Below, one piece after another: positions 1 through 8,326 of a DNA stretch of 64,000 nt; within the stretch, counting starts at the first letter, position 1; each line of letters opens with the position of its first letter. Below the pieces are notes generated by a model. That model searched no databases. It saw only the letters and a list, made by a program, of their open reading frames with translations, and was not told the origin of the DNA. The stretch is from Candidatus Omnitrophota bacterium (GTDB lineage: Bacteria; Omnitrophota; Omnitrophia; Omnitrophales; Aquincolibacteriaceae), in NCBI GenBank assembly GCA_043732705.1, contig JAYTHE010000025.1, positions 315 through 64,314 on the forward strand, read 5' to 3'. The position numbers were made by a program, and so were the translations under genes.

Positions 1-1238
1 CCTGTGAACAATTCATCTTTTGGATCTTTGCCCGCCAGCTGCGCAAGCTGAGCTTCACTGCGGTGAATGACAGGAATAACGGGCAGGCTAAATTTTTTGG
101 CAAATTCAAAATCCCGCTCATCATGCGCAGGCACAGCCATAATCGCGCCGGTGCCATAACTGGCGAGAACATAATCCGCGATCCAAATCGGAACCGGCTT
201 TTTATTAACCGGGTTGACCGCATAAGCACCCGTAAAAACTCCGGTTTTAGTTTTGGCTAAATCTGTTCTTTCAAGATCGGATTTATGCTGCGCTTGAGTT
301 TGATACTCCGTCACGGCCGATTTTTTAGAACCTGTTGCAATTTTTGAAACAAGCGCATGTTCCGGCGATAAGACTAAATAAGTCGCGCCGAAAAGCGTGT
401 CGGGGCGGGTTGTGTAAACTTTGACAGCCAGATCATTTTGGCTGTCATTCCCGCGAAAGCGAGAATCTAGTCCTGGATCCCCGCCTTCGCGGGGATGACC
501 TTCTCCTTCAATTTGAAAGGTCACCTCAGCGCCGGTTGATTTCCCGATCCAATTACGCTGCATTTCCTTAATGGATTCGGGCCAATCCAACAACTCCAAA
601 TCTTCCAAAAGCCGGTCCGCATAAGCCGTGATTTTCAAAACCCATTGCCGCATCGGCTTGCGAATTACAGGGTGATTACCGCGTTCACTTTTCCCGTCGA
701 TGACTTCTTCATTCGCGAGAACGGTTCCGAGTGCCGGACACCAATTAACAGCAATCGAAGCTTCATAAGCCAAGCCTCTTTCATAAAGTTTCATAAAAAT
801 CCACTGGGTCCATTTGAAATAACCGGGATCTGTCGTATTCACTTCGCGATCCCAGTCATAACTGAAACCGATGCGTTGGATTTGGCGGCGAAAAGTATTA
901 ATATTTTTTTCGGTGGTTGCGCGCGGATGCGTTCCGGTTTCAATTGCGTATTGTTCGGCCGGCAAACCGAATGCGTCCCAACCGATCGGATGCATGACAT
1001 TGAAACCGCGCATACGTTTGTAACGCGCGAGAATATCAGTGGCGGTGTAGCCTTCTAAATGACCGACATGCAAACCCGACCCCGAAGGATAAGGAAACAT
1101 ATCAAGAATATAGTATTTAGGTTTGCTAGCGTTTTCACCGGTGGGATCAGGTGTGCGAAAAGTTTTATTTTTAACCCAATAGTCCTGCCATTTGGGTTCG
1201 ATTTCGGGGAATGGATATTGCTTAAAGCCGGATGCCAT
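1..1238 (-). CDS. leuS: Leucyl-tRNA synthetase, N-terminal part. The gene continues past the window start. ATG at 1236-1238.
   Basis: Manual reverse-strand translation gives [21 protein letters not shown]...[21 protein letters not shown] (HIGH motif), then [21 protein letters not shown] and [16 protein letters not shown] (CP1/editing region). The ORF track misses it because it runs off the window edge. Confidence 0.85.
   Translation of the reverse strand, partial: MASGFKQYPFPEIEPKWQDYWVKNKTFRTPDPTGENASKPKYYILDMFPYPSGSGLHVGHLEGYTATDILARYKRMRGFNVMHPIGWDAFGLPAEQYAIETGTHPRATTEKNINTFRRQIQRIGFSYDWDREVNTTDPGYFKWTQWIFMKLYERGLAYEASIAVNWCPALGTVLANEEVIDGKSERGNHPVIRKPMRQWVLKITAYADRLLEDLELLDWPESIKEMQRNWIGKSTGAEVTFQIEGEGHPREGGDPGLDSRFRGNDSQNDLAVKVYTTRPDTLFGATYLVLSPEHALVSKIATGSKKSAVTEYQTQAQHKSDLERTDLAKTKTGVFTGAYAVNPVNKKPVPIWIADYVLASYGTGAIMAVPAHDERDFEFAKKFSLPVIPVIHRSEAQLAQLAGKDPKDELFT
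444..499. repeat. Family-1 GC-rich palindromic element, copy A, lying inside the leuS coding sequence.
   Basis: gtcattcccgcgaaagcgagaatctagtcctggatccccgccttcgcggggatgac. Two hairpins (attcccgc-gaaa-gcgagaat and atccccgc-cttc-gcggggat). Related copies at 21906, 45652 and 47827. Read through in-frame as [19 protein letters not shown]. Confidence 0.75.
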
Positions 1239-1245
1239 AAAACTA

Positions 1246-1266
1246 GACCGGAGACCGGAGACCGGA
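1246..1266. repeat. Tandem heptamer (accggag)x3 immediately upstream of the leuS start codon.
   Basis: accggagaccggagaccggag. On the coding strand this reads GGTCTCC x3 about 10 nt before the ATG. Confidence 0.6.
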
Positions 1267-1365
1267 GACTATAGACTGAAGACAAAAAACCATAAATTAC
1301 TTTTTGTTTAAGCTGCGAAAAATTTTGCGCAAATCACTTCAACACCCATAATTTCAAATGATTTT

Positions 1366-1476
1366 TATCAAAAGGTGTTAGATGCTAGGCGAAAATGAGC
1401 GCCCGCGGAGGCGTAGTGGAAACCTACGCCGCACAAGGAAGCGAAATTTTCAACGACGCAGATGACGCCTTTTCAT
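1366..1476. repeat. Family-2 element of about 113 nt, copy 1. Candidate MITE or structured RNA.
   Basis: Core cgcccgcggaggcgtagtggaaacctacgccgcacaaggaag with flanking ttcaaaaag / ctttttca near-inverted termini. Shares this with copies at 1674, 17458 and 54187. Directly abuts the tRNA-Leu 3' end. Confidence 0.7.
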
Positions 1477-1488
1477 AAAAATCAAGAA

Positions 1489-1573
1489 TGCGAGAGGGGG
1501 GGGTCGAACCCCCACGCCTTTAGAGGGCGCTGGATTTTGAGTCCAGTGCGTCTGCCAGTTCCGCCACTCTCGC
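1489..1573 (-). tRNA. tRNA-Leu, anticodon CAA, type II with a long variable arm.
   Basis: GCGAGAGTGGCGGAACTGGCAGACGCACTGGACTCAAAATCCAGCGCCCTCTAAAGGCGTGGGGGTTCGACCCCCCCCTCTCGCA. Anticodon loop CTCAAAA, T-loop GTTCGACC. No CCA encoded. Confidence 0.85.
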
Positions 1574-1673
1574 AAGAAAAAATATTGTTACGCTACTCTA
1601 TTAAAGAGAGTTGGCGCCCTTCGTTCATGTGCGCTAGTCGCGCCATTCACTGCGGGCCGGCCACTCATTTTTT

Positions 1674-1783
1674 TTCAAAAAGTGCTGGATGCAAGGCGAA
1701 TGCAAACGACCGCGGAGGCGTAGTGAAACCTACGCCGCACAAGGAAGTGCAGTATTCAACGATGCAGACGGCGACTTTTCAAA
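1674..1783. repeat. Family-2 element, copy 2.
   Basis: gaccgcggaggcgtagtgaaacctacgccgcacaaggaag core. Ends 7 nt from the tRNA-Ala CCA end. Confidence 0.7.
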
Positions 1784-1790
1784 AAAAATT

Positions 1791-1866
1791 TGGTGGACCT
1801 GAGGAGAGTTGAACTCCTTACCCTCTGCATGCCATGCAGATGCTCTACCAAATGAGCTACAGGCCC
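1791..1866 (-). tRNA. tRNA-Ala, anticodon GGC.
   Basis: GGGCCTGTAGCTCATTTGGTAGAGCATCTGCATGGCATGCAGAGGGTAAGGAGTTCAACTCTCCTCAGGTCCACCA. G3:U70 alanine identity pair, anticodon loop ATGGCAT, CCA encoded. Confidence 0.9.
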
Positions 1867-2011
1867 AAGAAAGTGAATTGTGAATCGTGATTAGTGATTC
1901 GCATCAACTTTTTCTTATATATCAAACTGCTTTATCCCATTCGCGTGTCGAGTTGACTTTGTCAACTGCACGCCAAAAACAACTGTGCACCTGCTATCGC
2001 AGGATGCGGGC

Positions 2012-2028
2012 AAATGAGCTACAGGCCC
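2012..2028. repeat. 17-nt direct duplicate of the tRNA-Ala 5' end.
   Basis: aaatgagctacaggccc is identical to 1850-1866. Confidence 0.7.
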
Positions 2029-2129
2029 GAAAAATATTTAAAAGATCAGCCGGTGCAAGAGTGCAGCCGGAGACGAGGAGTCTAGTTGAAAAAATGATTT
2101 TTTCAAGAAGAACCCGATTTTCGAAAAGG

Positions 2130-2510
2130 TCACTCTTTAGCGAAAAGAGTATCAGGTTTAATGATGGCCCCTTCCTGATCCCCCGGTACAAAGCCGGTCA
2201 CTAAATCCCAAATACCCGCAGTACCGCGCATCAATGTCCGAACAATTCCATCCGTAAAACCCGCGACTTCGCGAATACCGGGCTGGCTTTTGTCTTCTTT
2301 GTGATACTTCATCACGGTGACCGGAATTTCTAATGGGCAAGTCACTAAGTTTGTAAGCCCACGCCCCCAATCATGCGCCAGATTTTTAAAATAGCCAGGC
2401 TGAGTGCGCGTATTGGTTCCAAACCTCGCATCATACTCTGCCTCCAAGGCAAAAGCCGGGAGTTGGGAGAAAATGAGTCCGATAAAAAACAGAGTTGCAA
2501 CTTTTTTCAT
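2130..2510 (-). CDS. Small secreted hypothetical protein. Likely start is at MKKVATLFF, with a signal peptide.
   Basis: The ORF gives MKKVATLFFIGLIFSQLPAFALEA followed by a soluble roughly 100-aa domain. No confident family call. Confidence 0.5.
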   Translation of the reverse strand: MKKVATLFFIGLIFSQLPAFALEAEYDARFGTNTRTQPGYFKNLAHDWGRGLTNLVTCPLEIPVTVMKYHKEDKSQPGIREVAGFTDGIVRTLMRGTAGIWDLVTGFVPGDQEGAIIKPDTLFAKE

Positions 2511-2722
2511 ATATTTTTCCTCATAATTTTTGACCAGGAATTGTATCAATCTTTAACCAAGACGACTACACCTAGATAAGTTTGAATAACTAAACCTGTT
2601 TTCTTTAAACCGGCCTAAATTCCTTATTAAAGTTTTAAGTGGGTCCGCCGAAACCTGTTATTACCTCGGAACCTTTCGGTTTCAAGTCAATATGCTGAGT
2701 CAAAATCAGCTAAGGAGCGACT

Positions 2723-2914
2723 GTGAAAGCAAATTATCAGTGTCAATCATGCAGCTACTCGGGCGACGAGGCCCATTTTGACACTAAAATTCTTTCTATC
2801 ATGTATCGCCCTAAGCATGACAATGTTCAGGCTTTTAAACAGATCAAATGTCCGCAATGCCATAATCTCGTGACCATTATCTTCGAAACACTTGACGGCA
2901 GCATCGCTAAGTAA
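2723..2914 (+). CDS. Putative small zinc-ribbon protein of 63 aa.
   Basis: Two CxxC pairs (CQSC...CPQC). It sits alone in an intergenic gap and is not well supported. Confidence 0.3.
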   Translation: MKANYQCQSCSYSGDEAHFDTKILSIMYRPKHDNVQAFKQIKCPQCHNLVTIIFETLDGSIAK

Positions 2915-2965
2915 TTTTTTGCTCTGAGCGCTTCGCGCACAACCGCCCAGCATCGCACCCAGCTT

Positions 2966-3748
2966 TTAAAACCTAAATTTTTCTTTTTCGAAAACTTTTC
3001 GCAAAGAATCAAGCTGGTTATAATCCGTCTGATCAATTGAAAGCGGCGTTAAAGCTGCCCAGCCTGAACGCATCAGTTCTTCATCGCTTGTTCCGTCAGG
3101 AGCAAGCAAGTGAATGCCGCCAGCGAGTTGATAGAGGCGGGTTTTACTCTCTTTTTCCAACTGACTAGGCTCAAAATGCAAAAACTCTTCGACGAAGCGC
3201 GAGTAGGCTTGTTTCGCCAATTTAAAACCTTTGATTTCGTTCAACGGAAGCGGTGGCACAGAAACGTTCAACAGTAACGGAACGATCCCTTCCCTTTTCC
3301 CAAAGTAATTCAACAATTTCGCTGTCAATTCCGTAGCAGGCTCGAAATCCTCAAATGTCTTACTGCAAAGCGATACGGCGAGCGACGGAATGCCATTAAT
3401 AACGCCTTCCCGCGCGGCGGCCACGGTTCCTGAATAATAAACGCTAATTCCGGTATTCGCTCCGCGGTTCACACCTGAAACAATCCAATCCGGTTTGAAC
3501 CCCGATTCGGTAACCGCCCATTTCACACAATCCGCAGGTGTTCCTTCAACTTCATAAATGGCTAAATTTTTCTGAATTTTTTCTTCACGCACTAAAATAC
3601 GCTCATGAATCGTCACGGAATGGCTTGTCGCGGAACGTTCCCGATGCGGCCCCGCCACTAGAATTTCATGATCCCGGCTCAGCCGCGCCACCAACTTTGT
3701 AAGTCCGGGCGCAAAAAGCCCATCATCGTTTGTAATGATAATTTTCAC
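2966..3748 (-). CDS. surE: 5'/3'-nucleotidase SurE.
   Basis: MKIIITNDDGLFAPGL...VAGPHRERSATSHSVT, the conserved SurE N-terminal signature. Confidence 0.85.
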   Translation of the reverse strand: MKIIITNDDGLFAPGLTKLVARLSRDHEILVAGPHRERSATSHSVTIHERILVREEKIQKNLAIYEVEGTPADCVKWAVTESGFKPDWIVSGVNRGANTGISVYYSGTVAAAREGVINGIPSLAVSLCSKTFEDFEPATELTAKLLNYFGKREGIVPLLLNVSVPPLPLNEIKGFKLAKQAYSRFVEEFLHFEPSQLEKESKTRLYQLAGGIHLLAPDGTSDEELMRSGWAALTPLSIDQTDYNQLDSLRKVFEKEKFRF

Positions 3749-4509
3749 GATATTTCTCCGAAATGAATAAGACGGATACTATGTTTTTCCAGCAGTTTTT
3801 TCAAGTATGGTAAAGAAAAAAGTGCATGTTCTTTTTCGCGTGGGACCGTCATAGAAGTTAAACCCTGCAACTCTTCATCCCAAATTCCGGGATGGCACAT
3901 CACCTCAGCCCTTCCGGGTAAAAGAGCGGCCAAGTTTTTTTCTAGCTTTTCGGCAGTCCAATAAGCATGCGCGTCCAAGTTGCCTAAAAGGGTCTGCGTT
4001 GTCACGAGTCCGGGATACTTTTTAAAAAAATCGGGCTCACGCATAAGGGCAGATCTTCGTATCGGAAGTTTTCTTTCGCGGGCAACATGCAAGATTGCCT
4101 GAAAAAAAACGGGCTCATCATGCATTTGATGATGTGTGTCCAGGTGTGTCGGCGTCCGTCCAAAATATTTCTCAAAAAGCGCGATTTGCCTGCCGTACTC
4201 CCGGACGAGATCGGAAAGCATCGGAGGCGATTTTAAATAATCTTTTTTCTTTTTAAAAAGCCGCGAATCATCAACCAGCGAAACAATATCACCGGGACTT
4301 GATACCGGAATACCCGATGTGACGTTCAAATGTAATCCTACGCCCAAACCGCTTTTTGCCACGCGTGAAACCATTTCCAAATCAGTCGGACGATTTACCA
4401 TCCAAGTCGTACTGCTGACAATTCCTGTTTCATGACATTCTAAAATAGCCCGAGTAACGCCGTTGGTTAAATTGCAATCATCCGCATTGACGATCAGTTC
4501 ACGCAGCAT
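3745..4509 (-). CDS. YdjC/ChbG-family carbohydrate deacetylase-like protein.
   Basis: MLRELIVNADDCNLTNGVTRAILECHETGIVSSTTWMVN fits the YdjC N-terminal pattern. The ATG at 4509 is preferred over the GTG at 4533. Overlaps surE by 4 nt. Confidence 0.6.
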   Translation of the reverse strand: MLRELIVNADDCNLTNGVTRAILECHETGIVSSTTWMVNRPTDLEMVSRVAKSGLGVGLHLNVTSGIPVSSPGDIVSLVDDSRLFKKKKDYLKSPPMLSDLVREYGRQIALFEKYFGRTPTHLDTHHQMHDEPVFFQAILHVARERKLPIRRSALMREPDFFKKYPGLVTTQTLLGNLDAHAYWTAEKLEKNLAALLPGRAEVMCHPGIWDEELQGLTSMTVPREKEHALFSLPYLKKLLEKHSIRLIHFGEIS

Positions 4510-4948
4510 TTTTTGCACCGGACGCCATCCCACGGGGAGGTGTTAGCTTTCTAACGCTTCCCCGTGGGACGGTGTCCGTTAAAGCAACCCAGGCGATTGC
4601 TTGTTTGCGTTCATGCGCGAGCGAAAGCAATAATGTTTGATTTCGTTTGATCCCTAATTCGCGGTTCAAATTTGGAGATAAAAGCAAGCAAGGCTTTCCG
4701 CTGCTCTTTTTTTTAATTTGAATTTGAAGCATTCGCTTGGCCCATTGCTTTGCGGGAATTCGAAAAAGGGCAAGACAAGCCTGCTTTGCGGCAATACGCG
4801 CGGCAGCCGGTTCGGCAAAATGGCGTTTTGATTTACAGTAACGAATTTCACCGGCGTTTAAAAAACGGGCAAGAAAATCGGGATGGGTTTCGGTCTTCTT
4901 TTTAACGGTAGAAACTGAAATTTGTACAATTTTCTGGCGCAAAATCAC
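4499..4948 (-). CDS. acpS: Holo-ACP synthase (4'-phosphopantetheinyl transferase), a divergent member. Possible GTG start.
   Basis: IVQISVSTVKKK...AARIAAKQACLALF...SLAHERKQAIAWVALTD aligns with the AcpS layout (EAxxKA and SLSHE-like motifs). The start codon is uncertain. Confidence 0.5.
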   Translation of the reverse strand: MILRQKIVQISVSTVKKKTETHPDFLARFLNAGEIRYCKSKRHFAEPAAARIAAKQACLALFRIPAKQWAKRMLQIQIKKKSSGKPCLLLSPNLNRELGIKRNQTLLLSLAHERKQAIAWVALTDTVPRGSVRKLTPPRGMASGAKNAA

Positions 4949-4958
4949 AAAGCAAGTT

Positions 4959-5270
4959 TTAAAGCGGGCTCAAATAACCACGCGTCAGCCAATACACTAA
5001 CCCTGCCGCGATCAAAATACCAATGATATAGAAATTATTAAATTTCCAAAAATCTCGCAACCGGCCCCAAACCGTATTTTGTTTGACGGGATTTTCACGG
5101 TTGGCAAAAACAGTTTCTTTGAGATGCAGAACGTCTTCTTTGCGAAAACGCAAATATTGTCCGCTAATTTTATAGGCCTGGAGCTTCCCGTTTTTGACGA
5201 ACGCATCCAAATCTTCGGAACTGATGCGTAAAAACTGGCGTGTCTCCTCAGGAGAAAGAAGGTTGTTCAT
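4959..5270 (-). CDS. Membrane-anchored protein with an N-terminal excisionase-family HTH.
   Basis: LLSPEETRQFLRISSEDLDAFVKNGKLQAYKISGQYLRFRKEDVLHL is HTH_17-like. C-terminal TM segment FYIIGILIAAGLVYWL. The start (5270 or 5306) is uncertain. Confidence 0.55.
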   Translation of the reverse strand: MNNLLSPEETRQFLRISSEDLDAFVKNGKLQAYKISGQYLRFRKEDVLHLKETVFANRENPVKQNTVWGRLRDFWKFNNFYIIGILIAAGLVYWLTRGYLSPL

Positions 5271-5334
5271 ACTTTTATACTTTTGTTCTGCACCGAAAAG
5301 CAACAACGCTTGCGATCAACCTGTAACTCCAAAA

Positions 5335-5847
5335 TTAAGCTTTTTGCTTTTGAAGCCAGCCATCTACTGCTGTTTTGGAAAAAACTGTGTTACCATTTTC
5401 GCGGCGCACAGGAATTTGATTGTTCTTAACAAGATCTTCCACAACGCGCGATTCAAGATCAAGATATTGTGCAACATCCCGTAAAGTCAGAGAAACATCT
5501 TGTCCTGAAATTGCGGAGGCTTTCATGGTCACATGTCCCTCAATCACGGCGCCTTCCCCGACCGAAAGACGCGGGGTCACAATGTCGCCTTCAATGGAAG
5601 CGGGAGAAACAACAGAGAGACTTTGCAAAGCGGTTATATTTCCGACAACCTTTCCGGCAATAATAATATTATCACCATGAATACTGGCGCGAACCTTCGC
5701 GTTTTCACCGATAGTCAGTGTGCCGCGAGTATCAAGTTTACCTTCAAAAGTACCATTGATGCGTAAATTGACAGGATCTTTAAATGTGATCGTGCCTTGC
5801 ATGCTTGCGTCGACATCGAGAATTTTTTCTTCGATTTTTTTTGCCAT
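5335..5847 (-). CDS. Bactofilin-family protein fused to a C-terminal excisionase-type HTH.
   Basis: Bactofilin beta-helical repeats (GTFEGKLDTRGTLTIGENAKVRASIHGDNIIIAGKVVGNI...). C-terminus LTLRDVAQYLDLESRVVEDLVKNNQIPVRRENGNTVFSKTAVDGWL is HTH_17-like. Confidence 0.7.
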   Translation of the reverse strand: MAKKIEEKILDVDASMQGTITFKDPVNLRINGTFEGKLDTRGTLTIGENAKVRASIHGDNIIIAGKVVGNITALQSLSVVSPASIEGDIVTPRLSVGEGAVIEGHVTMKASAISGQDVSLTLRDVAQYLDLESRVVEDLVKNNQIPVRRENGNTVFSKTAVDGWLQKQKA

Positions 5848-5922
5848 GAATTTTTTCCCCTCACTTTAAGAAACCCTGCGAATCCGTCCCTACTAATGGA
5901 TAGCGGATTATACTCGGGGACC

Positions 5923-6609
5923 ATGACCTCGGACAAGAAATGCTTGAATCTTTTTCCGACCCTCGCTATGCTTCCCACCATGATTGAGATATTGAAAGAA
6001 TTTTTCTCGCAGCTTCACCACCTCCCCGAGCTGATCCGTTGGGGCGGATATACCGTCTTATTCGTGATCATCTTCGCGGAAACAGGCCTTCTAGCGGGCT
6101 TTTTCCTGCCCGGCGACTCATTGCTCGTAACCGCCGGACTTGTTTGCGCCTTGGACGGGCAAATGAAAATCGAAATTCTCTTGGCATTGCTATCCGCAGC
6201 GGCAATTCTTGGCGACAGCACAGGTTACGCGATTGGAAGGTTTCTCGGGCCCCGACTTTTTAGCAAACCCAACTCCTTTTTCTTCCGCAAAAGCCATCTT
6301 GAAAAAACGCATGCTTTTTATGAGAAGCATGGCCCCAAGACAATCATTCTCGCCCGTTTCGTCCCAATTATCCGTACTTTTGCTCCGACAGTAGCGGGTG
6401 TGGGCGGAATGAGCTACGGAAAGTTCCTGACCTATAACGTTTTGGGTGGAATTTTGTGGGTTATCAGCATGACTTCCATCGGTTATTTTCTCGCCCGCAC
6501 CATCCCCGGCATTGAAAAAAAGATCCACTATGTTATTTTGATCGTGATCTTTCTTTCAATCCTCCCGATTGTGAAAGAAGTTTGGTCCGCTCGCAAAAAG
6601 AAAAGTTAG
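5923..6609 (+). CDS. DedA/VTT-family membrane protein.
   Basis: GYTVLFVIIFAETGLLAGFFLPGDSLLVTAGL...ILARFVPIIRTFAPTVAGVGGMSY. The start (5896, 5923 or 5968) is uncertain. The ORF 5' end overlaps the bactofilin gene. Confidence 0.75.
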   Translation: MTSDKKCLNLFPTLAMLPTMIEILKEFFSQLHHLPELIRWGGYTVLFVIIFAETGLLAGFFLPGDSLLVTAGLVCALDGQMKIEILLALLSAAAILGDSTGYAIGRFLGPRLFSKPNSFFFRKSHLEKTHAFYEKHGPKTIILARFVPIIRTFAPTVAGVGGMSYGKFLTYNVLGGILWVISMTSIGYFLARTIPGIEKKIHYVILIVIFLSILPIVKEVWSARKKKS

Positions 6610-6684
6610 TTTTCTTTTCCGCCCAAGTTATTCCCTAAAACTTTATTTAAGAGTAGAATTAAACCTCGTCTAAACGGAGGTCTT

Positions 6685-7239
6685 ATGAATAAAATATTTT
6701 TTTCTTTTCTGCTTTGTTTGATCCTTTTTGTTTCCGGCTGCGCGCACAAAAAAACAATTATTCTTCCGGAGGAAGACGCTGTCTTTAGCTGGGTTCAATC
6801 TACACAACCCGATTCAGCCATGACAGGCAAAGCCACTCTTTGGCGCCTGGACAATGCGGTCAAAATTCGCGTGGTCGTTACCGGCGCAACCCCCGGCTTG
6901 CATGGAATCCATATCCATGAAATCGGTGATTGTAGTGATCATGGCAATGCCGCGGGCAGTCATTTTAACCCCGACAAAGTTCAACATGGCAATGTTATCA
7001 AGGATGGAATGAAACACGCCCATCCGGGTGATCTTGGAAACATTAAAGTGGATTCCACCGGCATGGGCTCAATTGAAGTGATTGTCCCGGGCTTAACTTT
7101 GGATAAAGGCCCTTACGGAATTGCGAATCGCTCGATTGTCATTCATGAAAAGGTGGATGATTTTGGCCAGCCTACCGGTAATGCCGGCGGACGCGTTGCC
7201 TGTGCGGTGATTCCCAATCCCTTAAAGTGTGACTGCTAA
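6685..7239 (+). CDS. sodC: Cu/Zn superoxide dismutase, lipoprotein.
   Basis: Lipobox LFVSGC. GLHGIHIHEIGDC...GNAGGRVACAVI are SodC copper and zinc ligand motifs. Confidence 0.85.
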   Translation: MNKIFFSFLLCLILFVSGCAHKKTIILPEEDAVFSWVQSTQPDSAMTGKATLWRLDNAVKIRVVVTGATPGLHGIHIHEIGDCSDHGNAAGSHFNPDKVQHGNVIKDGMKHAHPGDLGNIKVDSTGMGSIEVIVPGLTLDKGPYGIANRSIVIHEKVDDFGQPTGNAGGRVACAVIPNPLKCDC

Positions 7240-7249
7240 CTTTTAGAGG

Positions 7250-8227
7250 CTATTCAAAAGTAGCGGCGGCCTTTCGCAGTCGATCCATGATCGCAAGCCC
7301 TACCCCGCTCTCCGGCACAGGCTCAGAAAAAATAATTTTCGCTTTACTTTTGTCCAACCGATGCAGCGCTGAAAAAAAATTCGTGGCGGCCTCTTTCAAA
7401 TCTCCTTTTTCGGACAAGACTTCAACCGCTATTGCTGCAATCGGCGGTTGCGCCTTCAATGCAGAGCCTGAAAATAATAGTAGTCCAGCTTCCGACAGTT
7501 CCGGATGGCGCCGCATTTCTTCGATCGATAATATTCTTAATGGCTTGCGCGGTGAATAATGTTGTTTTAACTGTCCCGGAGACATGAGCTTTGCGTCGGA
7601 AGTTTGTTTTTCAACCGGGCCGATAATTTTTTCAAGGTCGTCCACAGAAATTCCGCCCGGTCGTAAAAGCTTTGGTTTATTACCTGAAAGATCAATAATG
7701 GTCGACTCCACTCCCGTCAAACAAGGGCCGCCATCCAAAATAAAATCGATTTTTTCGCCTAGCTGCTCGGAAACATGCTGTGCTGTCGTCGGGCTCAAGT
7801 AGCCAAAAGGATTCGCGCTGGGCGCAGCAATCGGAGTTTTCGCCGCACGAATCAAATCGAGCGCCGCATGATGGTTTGGCATTCTGACCGCGATTGTTTC
7901 TAACCCTGAAACAACAAGATCCGGAATACCCGGCTTTTTCTTTAAAACCAAAGTCAAAGGTCCCGGCCAAAAAGCGCGCGCTAAATCCCGGGCAGCTTGA
8001 GTGACATGCGCAAGCTTTTCAAGTTCATCATCATCGGCGATATGCACAATCAGCGGATCAAAATGCGGGCGGTTTTTAATTTCAAAAATTTTGGCTACAG
8101 CAATATCATTGAATGCATCGGCACCCAAACCATAAACTGTTTCTGTCGGAAATGCCACAACACCGCCATCGCGTATGACGGTCGCGGCCATATGAATCGT
8201 TGTCGAATTGATAAAATGAATCGTCAT
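7250..8227 (-). CDS. tsaC: L-threonylcarbamoyladenylate synthase (Sua5/YrdC type) with a Sua5 C-terminal domain.
   Basis: GGVVAFPTETVYGLGADAF...RPHFDPLIVHIAD. The ATG at 8227 is preferred over the upstream TTG. Confidence 0.8.
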   Translation of the reverse strand: MTIHFINSTTIHMAATVIRDGGVVAFPTETVYGLGADAFNDIAVAKIFEIKNRPHFDPLIVHIADDDELEKLAHVTQAARDLARAFWPGPLTLVLKKKPGIPDLVVSGLETIAVRMPNHHAALDLIRAAKTPIAAPSANPFGYLSPTTAQHVSEQLGEKIDFILDGGPCLTGVESTIIDLSGNKPKLLRPGGISVDDLEKIIGPVEKQTSDAKLMSPGQLKQHYSPRKPLRILSIEEMRRHPELSEAGLLLFSGSALKAQPPIAAIAVEVLSEKGDLKEAATNFFSALHRLDKSKAKIIFSEPVPESGVGLAIMDRLRKAAATFE

Positions 8228-8326
8228 CGTGAGACAAATTTTGATGCCAAAGCGGATCGTTAGCAATCAAATTCTTAAATTAAAACAGGGTGTTTACAAT
8301 CAAGCATACTTACTCTATAAATACTC

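Noticed and set aside
645-1285. Plus- and minus-strand ORFs (645..1058, 1059..1274, 1055..1285) at the window start.
   Set aside because: They lie antisense to, or overlap, the clearly conserved leuS reading frame and have no recognisable motifs. Treated as shadow ORFs.
1462-1812. 116-aa plus-strand ORF spanning 1462-1812.
   Set aside because: It runs straight through tRNA-Leu, a family-2 repeat and tRNA-Ala. It is an artefact of the stop-free repeat and tRNA sequence.
1791-2130. Possible integrated element at tRNA-Ala suggested by the 17-nt duplication.
   Set aside because: No integrase, excisionase or cargo genes lie between or beside the repeats. Kept only as a low-interest observation.
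5797-5922. ORF-track start of the DedA gene at 5797 (MHACVDIENFF...).
   Set aside because: It overlaps the bactofilin gene start and adds a non-conserved, non-membrane extension. An internal ATG with a GGGGA RBS at 5923 is more plausible.
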